From contig NC_057728.1 in the NCBI RefSeq assembly GCF_004010195.1, positions 53,340,174 through 53,404,173 of the forward strand: a stretch of DNA of 64,000 nucleotides. Direction: 5' to 3'. This DNA is from Chiloscyllium plagiosum. Its lineage: Eukaryota. The stretch's first letter is position 1. Every line of letters begins with the position of its first letter. The notes beneath the pieces are model-generated. The model ran no database searches, was not told where the DNA came from, and was given only the letters and a program-made list of their open reading frames with translations. The translations under genes and the position numbers were made by a program. Shown piece by piece: positions 1-13,316 of this stretch.

Positions 1-727
1 GTCTTGATCCAGATCAAGGACTTGCCTCAGTGCAGTGACCCTCCCATGGTATGAGAGGGCTGCTAAACTGGGTGCTTTTCGGTCCCTGTGCTCCTCCTGC
101 ATGGCCATCTGATGCTGGGCTGGGGGAGAGAGGGCTAGGCTGGAGGAACAGCTTGAAGGGCCTGACCATAATGGAGCTGACAAATCCAAGCATGGCCAAT
201 GTGGGTGGTCAATCCCTCCTAAGGCTGTGCTTCAATGCTTTATATCCTTATTATGCCTGAGGCCTTCCTTCATCAATGGGCAGGGACAGACTGGAATGCT
301 TTGAGGACAAAGGGATCAAAATGAAAACAGTCAGTTTTTTTAAAGCTAATTTTGTCATTAATTAGAACTCCAATTTATGCCAACCTAAACAGGATAGAGA
401 AGTGCTCGTGTATCTTAGCTGATTAGTCAAACTGGCCTTACTAAGCAATGTTCGTATTGCAGTCCTTCTTTATTTCATCACATTTTGCCCGATCATGTGG
501 TGGTTATGTTACAGCTAGAAATGTACAGACCCGATTCAGCATGTTCAAATCCTATCACAGTTGTGTGGAAATTTAAAGTGAGCTTTATAAAATACTGACA
601 CCAATTACACTGACCCATTAAGCTGAAATTTGTTGTTAAAAAAAAATTTCGTTGACCACATCCTTCACTGAAGGAAGCCTGATCCTCTCCATTTGTTGAA
701 GGGACTTGGGCATTGCTGGCCAAGCTA

Positions 728-1195
728 GAAGGCCATTCAACCCATCAAGCCTGTCCTGCCATTCAATGCAATCATGACTAATCAAACACTTCAACTCTCA
801 ATTTCATAAAGGTTTATGGGGATAATCAGAAATCTATCAATCTCTACCACAAACGTAGTCAAAGACTGAGCTTCCAAAGATTTCTGAATTAGATAATTCT
901 GAAAGTTCACAACCTTCTAAGGAAAAAAAAATTCTCATCTCAGATCCAAGTGGCATTCCCCTTATTTTAAAAATCGTGTTTCTTGGTTCTCGATGCCTCA
1001 ACCAGGGGAAACATCTTACTTGCATCTACTCTGTCGATCACTTTCAGTATTCTGAAAGTTTCGCTTAGATTTTCTCTCATTCTTCAAAACTCTAGAGTAC
1101 AGGTCCAGTTTTCCCAATCTCACTTCTCAGGTTAGCCCTGCCATCCCTGGAAGAAATCCCTGCAACGATATCTTTCCCGAGATAAGGAGACCGAA
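728..1195 (-). mobile_element. CR1-type LINE 3' fragment, decayed
   Basis: Begins ggccattcaacccatcaagcctg, the reverse-complemented CR1 tail seen in many copies in this window. Confidence 0.6.
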
Positions 1196-1196
1196 G

Positions 1197-1540
1197 TTCA
1201 TTGGCTGGACCATCGTTTGCTGCCCATCCCTAATTGCACTAAGCAGCTTGCTGGGTCATTTCTGGGGCAGTTAAGAGTCAACCTCACTGCTGTGAGTCTA
1301 GAATCACATGTTGGCCACACCTAGTAAGGAAGACAGATTTACTTCCCTTAAGAACATTAGTCAAGCCGATAGGCTTTAACCACGATTGTTAATAGCTGTT
1401 GTACTCATTATTTCAGAAACAAGCTTGAATTTTTAAAAACTGCATTTAAAATCCACCAGCTAGGATTTGAACCCACATTCCAAGAGCTTTATCCTAGACC
1501 CTTTGGACTACTAGTCCAAAGAGATTACCACTGGGTCATC
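1197..1540 (-). mobile_element. tRNA-derived SINE, family B
   Basis: Collinear with the copies at 17928-18282 and 46240-46588; B-box on the minus strand (ggatttgaacc) and tail gcccatccctaattg. Confidence 0.7.
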
Positions 1541-2679
1541 CTTTCCATTCATGGCGAGGGGCAAGAATATTTGCTCTGGTATGTGCTGGGGTTGGGGTGT
1601 GGGGGAATGTCAATTCACAACCAATTGTTTTACATCTCCGAAAGTTTTTTAATGCCTCCTAAATATCTCTAACAAGTTCCTTCTCACCGAAGTGCAAAGG
1701 GATCTGAAGCACCATTGTCTTATTGCAACCTTCTGTGTTCCACTCAGCCTCTGCTGACAAACACAGAACAATGTGGCCATGAGACATTCTCAAGCAGAGC
1801 CCACATTGTGAGTCACTAACTCAGGAATTTCTCTTTCCCTGCTCTCTTTCCGTCCTCTTGAACTCAGAGTAACCTTCTCCAATCAATAGAATTTCTGACC
1901 TGCCTGTTGGTTCTTGTGGAAGTTGTCATCCTCTCATTTAAGTATATGAAAGTGATTGAATGGGACGGGTTAAGGAACCCAAACAGGCCAAACTGGCTGA
2001 ATGGCTATCTTCTGGTGCTGTAAGATTGGATAAAGTCAAGTGCAAGATGTAGGAGTGGCCAACATGTGGGTTCACCCTTAGACTATCCTATGAGCCAGTA
2101 AGTGGGCATGCATTGTGCAGTGATGTAGTATTGGAATAATTTCACTGCAATCCTTGAAGATTGGGTGACAAGGGGCAGCCCTTGGCCAGTGGAGGCCACT
2201 GAGTATCTAAGTGATACCATTCAGATGGCTGCTGGGATTTAAAGCAGTGATGGGAGAGGTGCGCACAAAGGGCCCAGGCTAATGGTTTTCTTTAGGTGGC
2301 AGCTGGCAGGTAGACAGGAGAGAGGGAGCCTCTATTAACCAATCATCTGAACCTATCAGAGATTCTAGTCAAGGTGCAATTTCCACCTCATCCCACAACA
2401 ACACCCATCCCATCAACCATAGGCTTTCCCTCTTTTCTGGTCTATTTATCTCAGCCCCCACACCCGATGCACTCCTGCATGTCTCCAGTCTCAGCTCACA
2501 TTCAAACTCTCATTGCAGTACTGTTGATGGGGCACACCTGATGACGCTGCCAGTGGTGCATAGTTGCTGGTCTATGATTAGCAGGCAGCTCTCTTCTGTG
2601 GGACTTTGTGTGTCTGATGGTGGGAGTCCCACCTCAAGCCAGTTATCATCCATTTGGCTGTTTAATTCGTGCCACACAA

Positions 2680-3460
2680 ATGCCATGCAATGATAATTTC
2701 CAACAAGAAAGAGTCTAACCATTGCCCCTTGACATTCAATGGTATCACCATCACTGAATCCCCCACTATCAACATCTTCGGGGCTACCACTGAAATGGTC
2801 TGACCATATAAAATCTGTGGCTGCAAGAGTGAGTTAGAGGTTTGGAATCTTACAGGGAGTAACTTGCATCCTGTCTTCCCAAAGCCTGTCCACCATCGAC
2901 AAGTCAGGTGTGTGATGGAATGTTCCCTACTTGCCTGGATGGGTGTAGTTCCAGGAACACTTAAGACGCTTGACACCATCCAGGAACAAAGCAGCCCACT
3001 CAATTCAAATCACATCCACAAACATTCACTCCCTCCACCACTGATGCTCAGAGGCAGCAGTGTGTATTATGTAGAAGATGCACTGCAGAAATTCACCAAG
3101 GATCCTTACAGAGCACCTTCCAAACCTATGACGATCTTGAAAGACAAGGGCAGCAGATATATGGGGACACCATCACCTGCAAGTTTCTCTCCAAGCCACT
3201 CACCATCCTGAGTTGGAAATATCACTCCAAAGTCTGTAACTCCCTCCCTAATGGCATTATGGATCAAATAACATCAAACACACTGCAGTGGTTCAAAAAG
3301 GCAGCCCACCATGCTGGGTCAAAATCCTGTGACTCCCTTTTTAATGGAATTGTGGATCAACCTGCAGCAACGGTTCAACAAGGCAGCTCACTACCACCTT
3401 CTCTACAGCAACTAGGCAATAAATGTTGGCCCAACCAGTGATACTCACAGCCCATTACAG
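2680..3460 (+). mobile_element. CR1/L2-clade LINE family B, 3' fragment (RT C-terminus plus 3' UTR)
   Basis: Matches 63700-64000 and 55920-56478; ends ggcaataaatgttggcc; contains an internal duplication around 3220-3400. Confidence 0.75.
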
Positions 3461-3756
3461 AATTAAATAACGTCCCCAACAGTACCCTTCCACCTACACT
3501 CTCATTCGTTTGGCCGAACTGGTCCTCAACCTTAACAATTTCTCCTTCAAATCCTCCCACTTCCTCCAGACCAAAGGGGTAGCCATGGGCACATGTATGG
3601 GCCCCAGCTATGCCTGTCTCTTTGTTGGCTACGTAGAACAGTTGATCTTCTGTAATTACGTCGGCACCACGCCCCACCTCTTCCTCCGCTACATTGATGA
3701 CTGCATTGGTGCCACCTCATGCTCCCGTGAGGAGGTTGAGCAATTCATCAACTTCA

Positions 3757-4572
3757 NNNNNNNNNNNNNNNNNNNNNNNNNNNNNNNNNNNNNNNNNNNN
3801 NNNNNNNNNNNNNNNNNNNNNNNNNNNNNNNNNNNNNNNNNNNNNNNNNNNNNNNNNNNNNNNNNNNNNNNNNNNNNNNNNNNNNNNNNNNNNNNNNNNN
3901 NNNNNNNNNNNNNNNNNNNNNNNNNNNNNNNNNNNNNNNNNNNNNNNNNNNNNNNNNNNNNNNNNNNNNNNNNNNNNNNNNNNNNNNNNNNNNNNNNNNN
4001 NNNNNNNNNNNNNNNNNNNNNNNNNNNNNNNNNNNNNNNNNNNNNNNNNNNNNNNNNNNNNNNNNNNNNNNNNNNNNNNNNNNNNNNNNNNNNNNNNNNN
4101 NNNNNNNNNNNNNNNNNNNNNNNNNNNNNNNNNNNNNNNNNNNNNNNNNNNNNNNNNNNNNNNNNNNNNNNNNNNNNNNNNNNNNNNNNNNNNNNNNNNN
4201 NNNNNNNNNNNNNNNNNNNNNNNNNNNNNNNNNNNNNNNNNNNNNNNNNNNNNNNNNNNNNNNNNNNNNNNNNNNNNNNNNNNNNNNNNNNNNNNNNNNN
4301 NNNNNNNNNNNNNNNNNNNNNNNNNNNNNNNNNNNNNNNNNNNNNNNNNNNNNNNNNNNNNNNNNNNNNNNNNNNNNNNNNNNNNNNNNNNNNNNNNNNN
4401 NNNNNNNNNNNNNNNNNNNNNNNNNNNNNNNNNNNNNNNNNNNNNNNNNNNNNNNNNNNNNNNNNNNNNNNNNNNNNNNNNNNNNNNNNNNNNNNNNNNN
4501 NNNNNNNNNNNNNNNNNNNNNNNNNNNNNNNNNNNNNNNNNNNNNNNNNNNNNNNNNNNNNNNNNNNNNNNN
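3757..4572. other. Assembly gap (816 N) inside a Penelope-like element
   Basis: Run of N with PLE RT sequence on the left and PLE 3' UTR on the right. Confidence 0.99.
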
Positions 4573-4752
4573 TGACTTGTCCGGACTTGTCCTACCTGCC
4601 TATCTCCTTTTCCACCTATCCACTCCACCTTCTCCTCCCTGACCTATCATCTTCATCCCCTCCCCCACTCACCTATTGTACTCTATTCTACTGTCTCCCC
4701 ACCCCACCCTCCTCTCGCTTATCTCTCCACGCTTCAGGCTCTCTGCCTTTAT

Positions 4753-4784
4753 TCCTGATGAAGGGCTTTTGCCCGAAATGTCGA
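4753..4784 (+). ncRNA. Minimal type I hammerhead ribozyme motif in PLE terminal repeat
   Basis: uc CUGAUGA a GGGC uuuu GCCC GAAA ug UC ga: core intact, 4-bp stem II, minimal stem III, short stem I. Confidence 0.7.
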
Positions 4785-6510
4785 TTTTGCTGCTCCTTGG
4801 ATGCTGCCTGAACTGCTGTGCTCTTCCAGCACCACTAATCCAGAATTAAACAAAAGACTATGGGGTAGCTGCCTGGAGCAGGGGTATGCTCCCAGCTGCA
4901 GCACCTGAATTTCCAGCTGGATATGGGGTAAAGGAAGTAAGGTGCTCCATTAAATGCAGCCCGAAAACTCTTTGCTCACTCACTCTAGATCAGTGCACCA
5001 GTCACAATACAGATGCTGATCCATTGTATCATTCACTAGCTTCACTGTCTGGTCCCCTATACCTTCTTCCTTCCGTCTAGACTTGTATATTTTTTTCCCT
5101 AAAATCTTTGTACCTCGCATGTCGCCACTTATCTTGAAGTATTAAATATTTTCTGGCATCACTTCCCGACTCCAAGCTCTTGTCCAGTCACTGCCAACAG
5201 ATTTATATTCTGTTATTAGTGCAAGTGGTCTGCAGAATCTGGCAGAAACTGGTCTTGAGGAATGATGATAATCATTATGGACACAAATCACATTCGTTTG
5301 ATATGAGAACCTCTGCGGCTTCCAGTCACCTACAATTCTAATCAGCAAAACCATCAGGAGAGAAGACCAAATGAGTCAAATTCCCTTGTGTTTGGAAGAA
5401 TGAGAGCTGATCTCATTGAAAAGCATGCAATTCTGATAGAGTTTGAAAAACTACAGGCTGAGAGGTTGGATTGAGATGTTAACATTCAGCATTTAAAGAT
5501 CCACAATAAAGATTCTACCATTGAAAAAGGAATTGCTTCACTCCAATTGTTTGGAATTTCTATTCATGAGAGCTGAGACTGCTCTGTCATTGAATGTAGT
5601 CAAGACAGGGGGCGATTTTTTTGTGTCTTAAGTCATGTAGGGAAAGGGTCAGAATGGAGAGTTGAGGTAGAAGGGAAATGAAGATCACTGGCAGAGCAGA
5701 TCTGAGAGGCTTTCCAAAACAGGCTCCAATTTATCTCACAGAGTCACAGAGATTTTGCAGCACAGAAAAAGGCCCTTCAGCCCATCATATCTGCACTGGT
5801 TATCAAGCATCCGTCTATGCCAATCCCATTTTCAAGCACTTAGCCTTTTTGCTATGATGTTTCAAGTGCTCATCTAAATACATCTTAAATCTGAAGAGTG
5901 ATCTCACCTCTATCACCTTTTCAGGCAGTAAGTTCTAGATGGTCACCATCCTCTAGGTGAAAATCTTAATCTTCAAATCCTCTCTACGTCCTGCTTTTTG
6001 CCTGTGGTTTTTCATCCTTCCACCACATGGAAAAGTTTCTCCCTATCCACCGTGTCTATACCCCTCATAACTTAGTACATCTCTCTTAGTACATCTGTGC
6101 TGTAGGTTAATTGATTGAAAATTGATTAAGTCAAAGAATACAGGTTTTGTGGATTGAAACATTTGGCCTTTCTGTCTGCTGCAAGTATCTCAAATATGTA
6201 CAAGGTGACTTGGTCAATGTGACAAAGTGCAGATTGCAATTGAGTTCCCAACTCGGATTTCAGGAGTTCCTGTCACCTGAACTTTAACTTCCAACCATTG
6301 TGCCCAGACAAGCAAACTCCCCCCCCCTTTCTCCAAACTTCATAACCGAAAAGGTAAAAGTGGTGAAATACTGGAGGAAAGTGTTCTTTTTCTGAATGCT
6401 GTATGACTTTTCACCTGGTTTTCAGTCATGGCTGCATTCGGGGATTAAATTTCAGTTTGTGGAATTTCCCGGGAAGTTATAGGAAGTTTGACACCCTATC
6501 ATCGCTAAAC

Positions 6511-6702
6511 TAAAAACAGAAAGTGCTGGAAAAACTCTGCAGGTCTGGCAACACTTGTGGAGAGAGAAACAGAGTTAATGATTTGCAATTCGAGGAAGAA
6601 GACTCAAAACGTTAATTCTGTTTCTCTCCAGACCTGCTGAATATCTCCAGCATTTTCTGCTTTTGTTTCAGATCCCCAACATCCGGAGTATTTTGTTTTT
6701 AT
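6511..6702. mobile_element. PLE-derived fold-back element, decayed
   Basis: Inverted arms aaaacagaaagtgctgg...gcaggtctgg...agagaaacagagttaa and ttaattctgtttctct...ccagacctgc...ccagcattttctgctttt. Confidence 0.65.
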
Positions 6703-7440
6703 CAGAAGTTCTGAAATGCTAACTTTGTTCAGAGCCTGATCGAGAAAGCTGGTGTCTGGAAGAGGTGCGGTACCTATTGAGAGTCACACCTCGCCCAACT
6801 CTTGGCCTTGCTGTTAACCCCATTCTCCCATGTCACCCTCCATGTGGCCCTCTTCCACTTTGGACTTTGTGAGGAGGCAGGTAGCCTCACTTCTGCAGCA
6901 CTTTCTGGGGACCTGAATCTTTGAGACTCACACTGCAGACAAGTTTAATATCTCAGTGACTCTTATTTTGGTTGGCTCTTCTTAAAAAAAGTGTGTCAAG
7001 GCTGTAAACCCAGCAGGAAAGTCACTCCCCACTAATATAACCATTAAATCCAACCCATAATCTATGAAATGCATACACTTCCTCTGACACCATCTCTTGA
7101 GGAGCAGTTTAATTTTTGATGCCCCCATTTCAAAGCTTGCTCAACATTGAGGCATTAAATGTGTTCAAACTTTCAAAAGTAGAAAAATAGCAGTAGACCA
7201 TTCAGCCCTTTGAACCTGTTTCATCATTCAAGGTAACTGTTAATGATCTTCTAACTCAAATGTCATACTTGCACTCTGTTCCCACATCCCTTTAACCTCT
7301 CGAAATCTATCTCTTTCTTAAGCATTTTCAATGTCTTATCTCCACAGCCTCCAGTGGTAGAGAATTCAATAAGTTTGCCATCCTCTGAGTGAAGAAATTG
7401 CCCCTTGTCGTACTCCTGCCCGAGACCCTAACACCGTGAA

Positions 7441-7563
7441 CAATGTTCCCTTTCAGCTGTGCAAATGTGTGCACTGTTCAGAGGTTGCAACATGTTGGCT
7501 TCTGATTCCCTATGTGCATCTCAGAGCTGTGCACAGTGGCAGGAAATGGCACAGCGAATGTTG
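7441..7563. mobile_element. Putative hAT-type MITE inserted in a CR1 fragment
   Basis: Ends caatgttc...gaatgttg form an imperfect TIR; flanks accgtgaa (7433-7440) and actgtgag (7564-7571) form a 6/8 8-bp TSD. Confidence 0.45.
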
Positions 7564-7648
7564 ACTGTGAGCCCTTCTTCTGGATCTGTTTCAGAGACAA
7601 CATCTTTGATGCAACCGCAGTCTGTCCAGCCTGACCGTGTTTCAGTGA

Positions 7649-7730
7649 GATTCTGGATCAGTGGTGCTGGAAGAGCACAGCAATTCAGGCAGCATCCGAG
7701 GACAGGCAAAATCGACGTTTCGGGCATCAG
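7649..7730 (-). mobile_element. PLE terminal-repeat fragment
   Basis: Reverse complement of the 4755-4846 repeat; hammerhead stem II is partly deleted (ctgatg-cccgaaacgtcga). Confidence 0.75.
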
Positions 7731-8384
7731 TTCTAAGGTCCTTTAGGGAAGGAAGTCTGCCATCTTCACCTGGTTTAGTCACGAGACCCACAACACTGTG
7801 GTTGAATGCTAATTTCTCTCTGAAATGAGCAAACAGTGACTTCTAACATATGATGGCCTTGTTGGCAACTTCCACAATCCATACAAGAATAAAACTAAAT
7901 TGAGGCCTATTATTCCTCATGCGCCAAATATATCATCCCAGGAATCACAGAAAATAAGTGGAAGAGTAGGCCCTTCAGCCCTTTGAGCCTGATCAGGTGA
8001 TCATCCAACTCAGTACTCTGTTCCCACTTTCTCCCCATACCTTTTGATCCCTTGGCCCAAATCTACCTTATTGAAAACATTCAGTCTTTTGGTCTCAACC
8101 ACTTTCTGTGATGGAGAATTCCATAGACTCACCACTCACCACTCTCTAGGTGAAGATATTTCTCCCCATCTTCAGGCCTTGAATATGAGGGATGAGGACA
8201 TTTGAAACTACTCGAGGATTGCTTTGTTGGCCAATTATTTTATAATTCCTTAAACAAATTAATTTGAGTCCCTTGTTGTCTGAACTTCTGTAGTGGGGTG
8301 ACCTGATCTTAAGTAAAGTCAACCTTTAGTATTTATTTCCATCTAAAATAAAATGCTCTGAAAAACAAAACTTAATTATTTGTC

Positions 8385-9300
8385 AATTTTGGCTCATTTA
8401 TTATCACTCTGATTCAGCAGTTTGTGAGCTTGACTTCCACTTCAGGATGTAAGCCCACAAATTAAACTTGGGGCCCCTGCACAGTACAAAGGTTTCTGCT
8501 GCATTGCCAGAGGTGCTTTTTCTCAGATAAGCTGTTAAATAAAGTCCCCAAGCAGTTGCCCAGGTAAATCTAAAAGGTCCCATGCCTCTTCAAACCAAGG
8601 AACAGCAGAGGAGTTATTTCTGGGTATCCTGGCCAAGCGTTATCCCTCAATTAACATCAGTAAAATTGATTAGAGTCATTGAGATAATACAGCACGATAA
8701 CAGACCTTTCAATCCAACTCATCCCTGCCAACTAGATATCCTAAATTAACCTAGTCCCATTTACCAGCATTTGGCCCATATCCCTCTAAACTCTTCCTAC
8801 ACATATACACATCCAGATGCCTTTTAAATGTTGGAATTATACCCACCTCCACCACTTCCACTGGCAGGTCATTCCATACACACACCACCCTCTGCGTGAA
8901 AAAGTTGCCCCTTAGGCCCCTTTTAGATTGTTTGCCTCTCACCTTAAACACATGCCCTCGAGTTTTGGACTCCTCCTTTCCCCCGCCTCCCCCTAAGGCT
9001 ATTCGCCCTACCCACGTCCCTCATGATTTTATAAACCTCTATAAGGTCACCTCTCAGCCTCCAACACTGCAGGGAAAATAGCCCAAGCCTGCTCTGCCTC
9101 TTCCTATAGCTCAAACCCTCAAACCCTGGCAATAACTTTGTAAATCTTTGCTGAATCCTTTCGAGTTTATTGGTTACTGTTGCATTGCTGTTTGTGGAAG
9201 CTTCCTGTGTGTGAACTGGCTGCTGTATTCTTACATTACAACAGTGATTGTACCTCAAAAACACTGTAGAGGCTGTAACACCCTTTGAGATATCTCATAA
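8385..9300 (+). mobile_element. Deu-domain-like SINE interrupted by an antisense CR1 3' fragment (8671-9166)
   Basis: Motifs cctggccaa..tatccctcaa..aacatca and ttgctgtttgtgg..gcttcctgtg..ctggctgctgtattcttacattacaacagtga. The CR1 insert encodes LERIQQRFTKLLPGFEGLSYRKR...RLRGDLIEVYKIMR on the minus strand. Confidence 0.65.
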
Positions 9301-9337
9301 AGGGAGTTTCTTAGGCCAATTATACATGAACAGAGCA

Positions 9338-10376
9338 AGAACATAAGAATTAGGAGCAGGAGTAGGCCGTCTGGCCCTTCAAACCTGCTCTGCCATTCAA
9401 TAAAATCATGGCTGATCTTTTCATGGACTCAGATCCACTTACTTGCGCTCTCACCATATCCTTTAATTCCTTTATTGTTCAAAAAAGCATTTACCTTAGC
9501 TTTAAAAACTTTTACTGAAGTAGCGTCAACTACTTCACTTGACAAGGAATTCTATAGCTTAACAGCCCTCTGGATGAAGAGGTTCCTTCTGTTTTCTCTA
9601 ATTTTGAGGCTATGTCCTCTTGTCCTAGTTTCACCTACTAGTGGAAACATCCTCTCTACTTTTATCTTATCTATTTCCTTCATAATTTTATGTTTCTATA
9701 AGATTCTCCTCATTCTTAATTCTAATGAATATAATCCCAGTCTATTCAATCTCTCCTCAAAAGCCAACCCCCTTAAATCCAGAATCAACCTAGTGAACCT
9801 CCTCTGCAGCCCCTCCGGTGCCAGTATATCCTTTCTCCATTAAGGAGACCAAAACTGTGCACAGTACTCCAGGTGTGCCCTCACCAGCGCCCTAAACAGC
9901 TGCAATGTAACCGCTCTGTTTTTAAACTCAATCCCTTAGCAACGAAGGACAAAATCCATTTGCCTTCCTAATTACTTATTGTCTCTGCAGACCAGCCTTT
10001 TGTGGTTCATGCACAAATTCACCCAGGTCCCTCTGCATAGCAGCATGTTGCAACTTTTTACCATTCAAGTAATAAACCTTCTTACTGTTACTCCTACCAA
10101 AATGGATGACTTCATATTGTATCCCATCTGCCAGACCTTTGCCCATTCACTCAAAGTATCTGTGTTCCTCTGCAAAGTTTTCCAGTCCTCTGCACACTTT
10201 GCTCTGCCACTCACCTTAGTGTCATGTGCAATCTTTGACACACTACACATGGTCCCCAACTCCAAATCATCTACATAAATTGGGAATAATTGCAGTCCCA
10301 ACACTGATGCATGAGGCACACTATTAGTCACTGATTGCCAGACAGAATAGCACTCATTTATCCCCACTCTTTGCTT
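9338..10376 (-). mobile_element. CR1-type LINE, 5'-truncated, RT remnant
   Basis: Minus-strand VTNSVPHASVLGLQLFPIYVDDL...SKIAHDTKV, a degenerate SGVPQGSVLGP/FADD; CR1 tail at 9338. Confidence 0.85.
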
Positions 10377-10820
10377 CAGAAACTATACTGAAAGCTGTTG
10401 ACCATAATCTCTGGCCAGGACACAACCTAAAAACAATTTAATGACTTTAATTTTCCTCATTTACTTGCAGCAACATGGTGGCCCTAATAAATTTCAGATG
10501 AGACTACATTCACTGGTTTCCTCTGTGGGTTCATAAAGATCACAAGTGCAATGCTCAAAAGCATTGGTACTGGTTAGAAAGGGGAGAAAGTCCAAAACCT
10601 CCAATCTGCTGTATTGCACTAATCCAGGCTTTGTTTAAATTATAGATTTAGTTAAGGACAAAAAAAAACAGAAATTGAAAGATCCGGCATTCATTTATTC
10701 CAATATTATACTTTTATAAACTTCCTTTCTTTAAAAAGAAACATATTTCAGACACTGAGAGGTGGGAACCATACTGTTTTTCTTTTGGAAAAAAAATACA
10801 AGAGACAATAAAGTACTATG

Positions 10821-11696
10821 TTTAGAATTTTAAAATTAGGTTTTACTGTCACATGTACTCAAGTACATCAGTGCAGGAGTACAGTGAAATGTGTACAATG
10901 TTGCCATGCAAGGCACCATCTTAGGTATAAAGTACCCAGGTACAAATCTGAGGTACTAAAATAGATTAGGTACAAAAATAAAGAAATAAAGAAAAAAGTT
11001 ATAAACTCTAAATTACAGTTCATCATAATATAAATTAGGAAGATAAAGAAATAAAGTTAATAGATAAATGTTACAATTCTTCTATAGACTGCAGTTTCTT
11101 GACACCATGGGCTTTATTCATGTGGTCTCGCTCTCCCGTCAGTACTGGGCCCAAGATCTGTGACAGGCTGACCGCACTGGGCCCCAGTCCACTGGCCAAC
11201 CCCTCTGGGTCCCAAGCCTGTCAGCTGCTCTGCTCCGGCCAGCCAACTGCTGGCCACCTCACTCTGCACTGGCCTGCCAACTGCTGGCTGTCCTTGTTAG
11301 TTGGGGCCTACTGATAGCTGGCTGTCCCAATCTGCTTTGGCCTGCTGACCGCTGGCTGCCTCGCTTGGTTCAGGCTTACTGACTGCTAGCCATCCCGTCC
11401 TACCCTACCCTGCCAACCAGTGGCTGCCCATTCGATTCGGGCCTACTGACTGGTGGCCGCCCTGCTCCGCTCCAACTCTGCCGTGGCCTGCTCCATGCCG
11501 GCCTGCTGCCCTGCTCTGAGCCCTCAGCTGCTGCAGTGCTGTCGTTCCCTTCACAAGCCAAGGTAAGTTAAAAGAAAGCACTAAAAAAATTAAAAAGGAA
11601 AAGGAAAATAACGAAAAATAAAAGGGGAGCAGTTATAAAGGACGAGCCCTGGGCTGGGCCTGGACGCTGCCTATTCCGCTGCTGCCCTATTCTAAA
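10821..11696 (-). mobile_element. Unclassified non-coding interspersed element containing a 34-bp minisatellite
   Basis: Retroposon-like 3' end on the minus strand (cactgtactc...gagtacatgtgacagtaaa), AT-rich blocks and a GC-rich core; no convincing ORF. Confidence 0.45.
11237..11473. repeat. Degenerate GC-rich tandem repeat, 7 units of about 34 bp
   Basis: Units start at 11237, 11271, 11305, 11339, 11373, 11407 and 11440, with consensus ggcctRcYRacYgctggcYR followed by about 14 variable nt. Confidence 0.85.
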
Positions 11697-12194
11697 TGGG
11701 AGTAGTTTAGTTTGGGAAACATGATCAACAAGGATGAATTGGAATCTATGGTGGTATGGACGATGCAACATATATTTTTATGCAGCACTCTGATCAGGCA
11801 GTTGGAGGCGGCCAATTAACAGACTGAGGTTTTTTTTTCAATTGTACAGAAATCTAAAGCACAGAAAGAGGCCATTCAGCTAATCAGGTCTATGGTGTTT
11901 ATATATCCACTGGTCTTCTTCTAGTCGTATTTTCATAATCTTCAAATCCTACCTTCACAATCTTCTGTTCCTTTCTCCCATATGTTTATCCACTTCACCT
12001 TAAAATGTCTTATAGCTGTTCGCCGTAGTTTCTCTATGAAGTAGCAAGTTTCTAACCATGGTCAGGGAGTGAGAGCAGTTTCTCCGGAATTCCTTAACAT
12101 ATTTGTTAGTGATTATCTTTTGTTTACAGAACCTAGTTTTGAACACCCCAAAAAATGGAAACCGCAACCCACCCAGTCTCCTTCAATAGCACTG

Positions 12195-12450
12195 TAATAT
12201 ATACCACCCAGAAAGGCAAGGGCAGCAGAGACATAAGAGCACTACCACCACGTGCAGGTTCCTACCCCATCCCTTGTACAGTAGCATCATTCCCGCTGGG
12301 TCAAAATCCTGGAACCACAGCCCTAACAGCATTAGGGGGGTTACTACTTCCCAAGGGCTGTAGTTCAAGAAGGCAGCTCACCACCAACTTTCTCAAGAGA
12401 TGGGCAATAATTGTTGAGCTAGCCAGCGATGTCCACATCCCTTGAATGAA
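12195..12450 (+). mobile_element. LINE family B 3' UTR fragment nested in an antisense CR1 relic (about 11845-12680)
   Basis: agttcaagaaggcagctcaccaccaac...gggcaataa...ccacatcccttgaatgaa tail. Confidence 0.7.
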
Positions 12451-13316
12451 AATCAAACTTTGATCAAGATCTGTCATGCCAAGTACTTCCATAATTTTGA
12501 AGAATTCTATCAGAGCCCTCAGCCTTCTGTTATCTAGAGAAAAGGGCTGCAGCCTGTCCAGTCTGCCTGATATGCTTCGGTTCTGGTATTATCCATGTGA
12601 ATATTTCTTCTGCATCTTCTCTGGTTCCTTTATATCCTTGATGTAACTTTGAGACCAGGGCTGGGCGACCTAACCAAGATTCAGTGTATGTTCAAAAGTT
12701 AATGTGCTACTTTCTGCTCAAGTATGGGTTTGAGGTACATGCATGGTTATAATTTCTTGGGCACTCAGGCCCTGGTTTTGAAGGTTGTGGTGCTATTTTT
12801 ATATATTACGTTGTATATAAACTGTATAAATGATATGTTCAGAGGCAAGCAGAATTAACATCAGCACAAGGCTATGAAAGGTCATCGAGCTGGAACATTG
12901 AGCAGCGTTTAATTGAGGCATTGGTGGGCTCGCGCATCAGCTTGATTGGCAAACATTCCAGGCTACCATCTTCGGATGAATCATGTGCTACTTAAGCTGA
13001 TGGACCAGCAGCAGGCTTTCCCTGGCATCAAAGGAACCCCCGCACCAGTTGTAGAAGTCTCATTAGTCAGAGCTCAGCAGCTGTCATGGTGCTGATAGGT
13101 GCCAAGGAGGTGTAGTGGCTGATAACGGCATTGCACCCGGAGAGGTCAAGAATCAGTGTTTGATCCTAGGTTGAAAGGAGGTTACAGAAGAGGGTCACAG
13201 GGAAGGATGGGCTGGCAAAATAGCCAAATGATGGGTCTCCACAGGAACTCCCTTTCTGGTGCTGGGTCACTCAATCAGGCCCTGAGTGCCTGACAACAGA
13301 TGAACATGGAACCCCT

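Larger units (their letters stand above)
3471..4840 (+). mobile_element. Penelope-like retroelement (RT fragment, gap, 3' terminal repeat with hammerhead motif)
   Basis: RT motifs FLQTKGVAMGTCMGPSYACLF and LFLRYIDDCIG; 3' region nearly identical to the copy at 19929-20505; TSD cagaattaaa(t/c)aa at 3458-3470 and 4841-4853. Confidence 0.9.

Noticed and set aside
3510..4811. Long ORFs of 433, 293 and 303 aa
   Set aside because: Artefacts of the N run; only the first ~80 aa of the 3510 frame are real, and they are PLE reverse transcriptase.
11237..11473. CRISPR-like repeat/spacer appearance
   Set aside because: The repeats are degenerate, the 14-nt variable parts are related to each other, there are no cas genes and the context is a vertebrate intron; it is a minisatellite.
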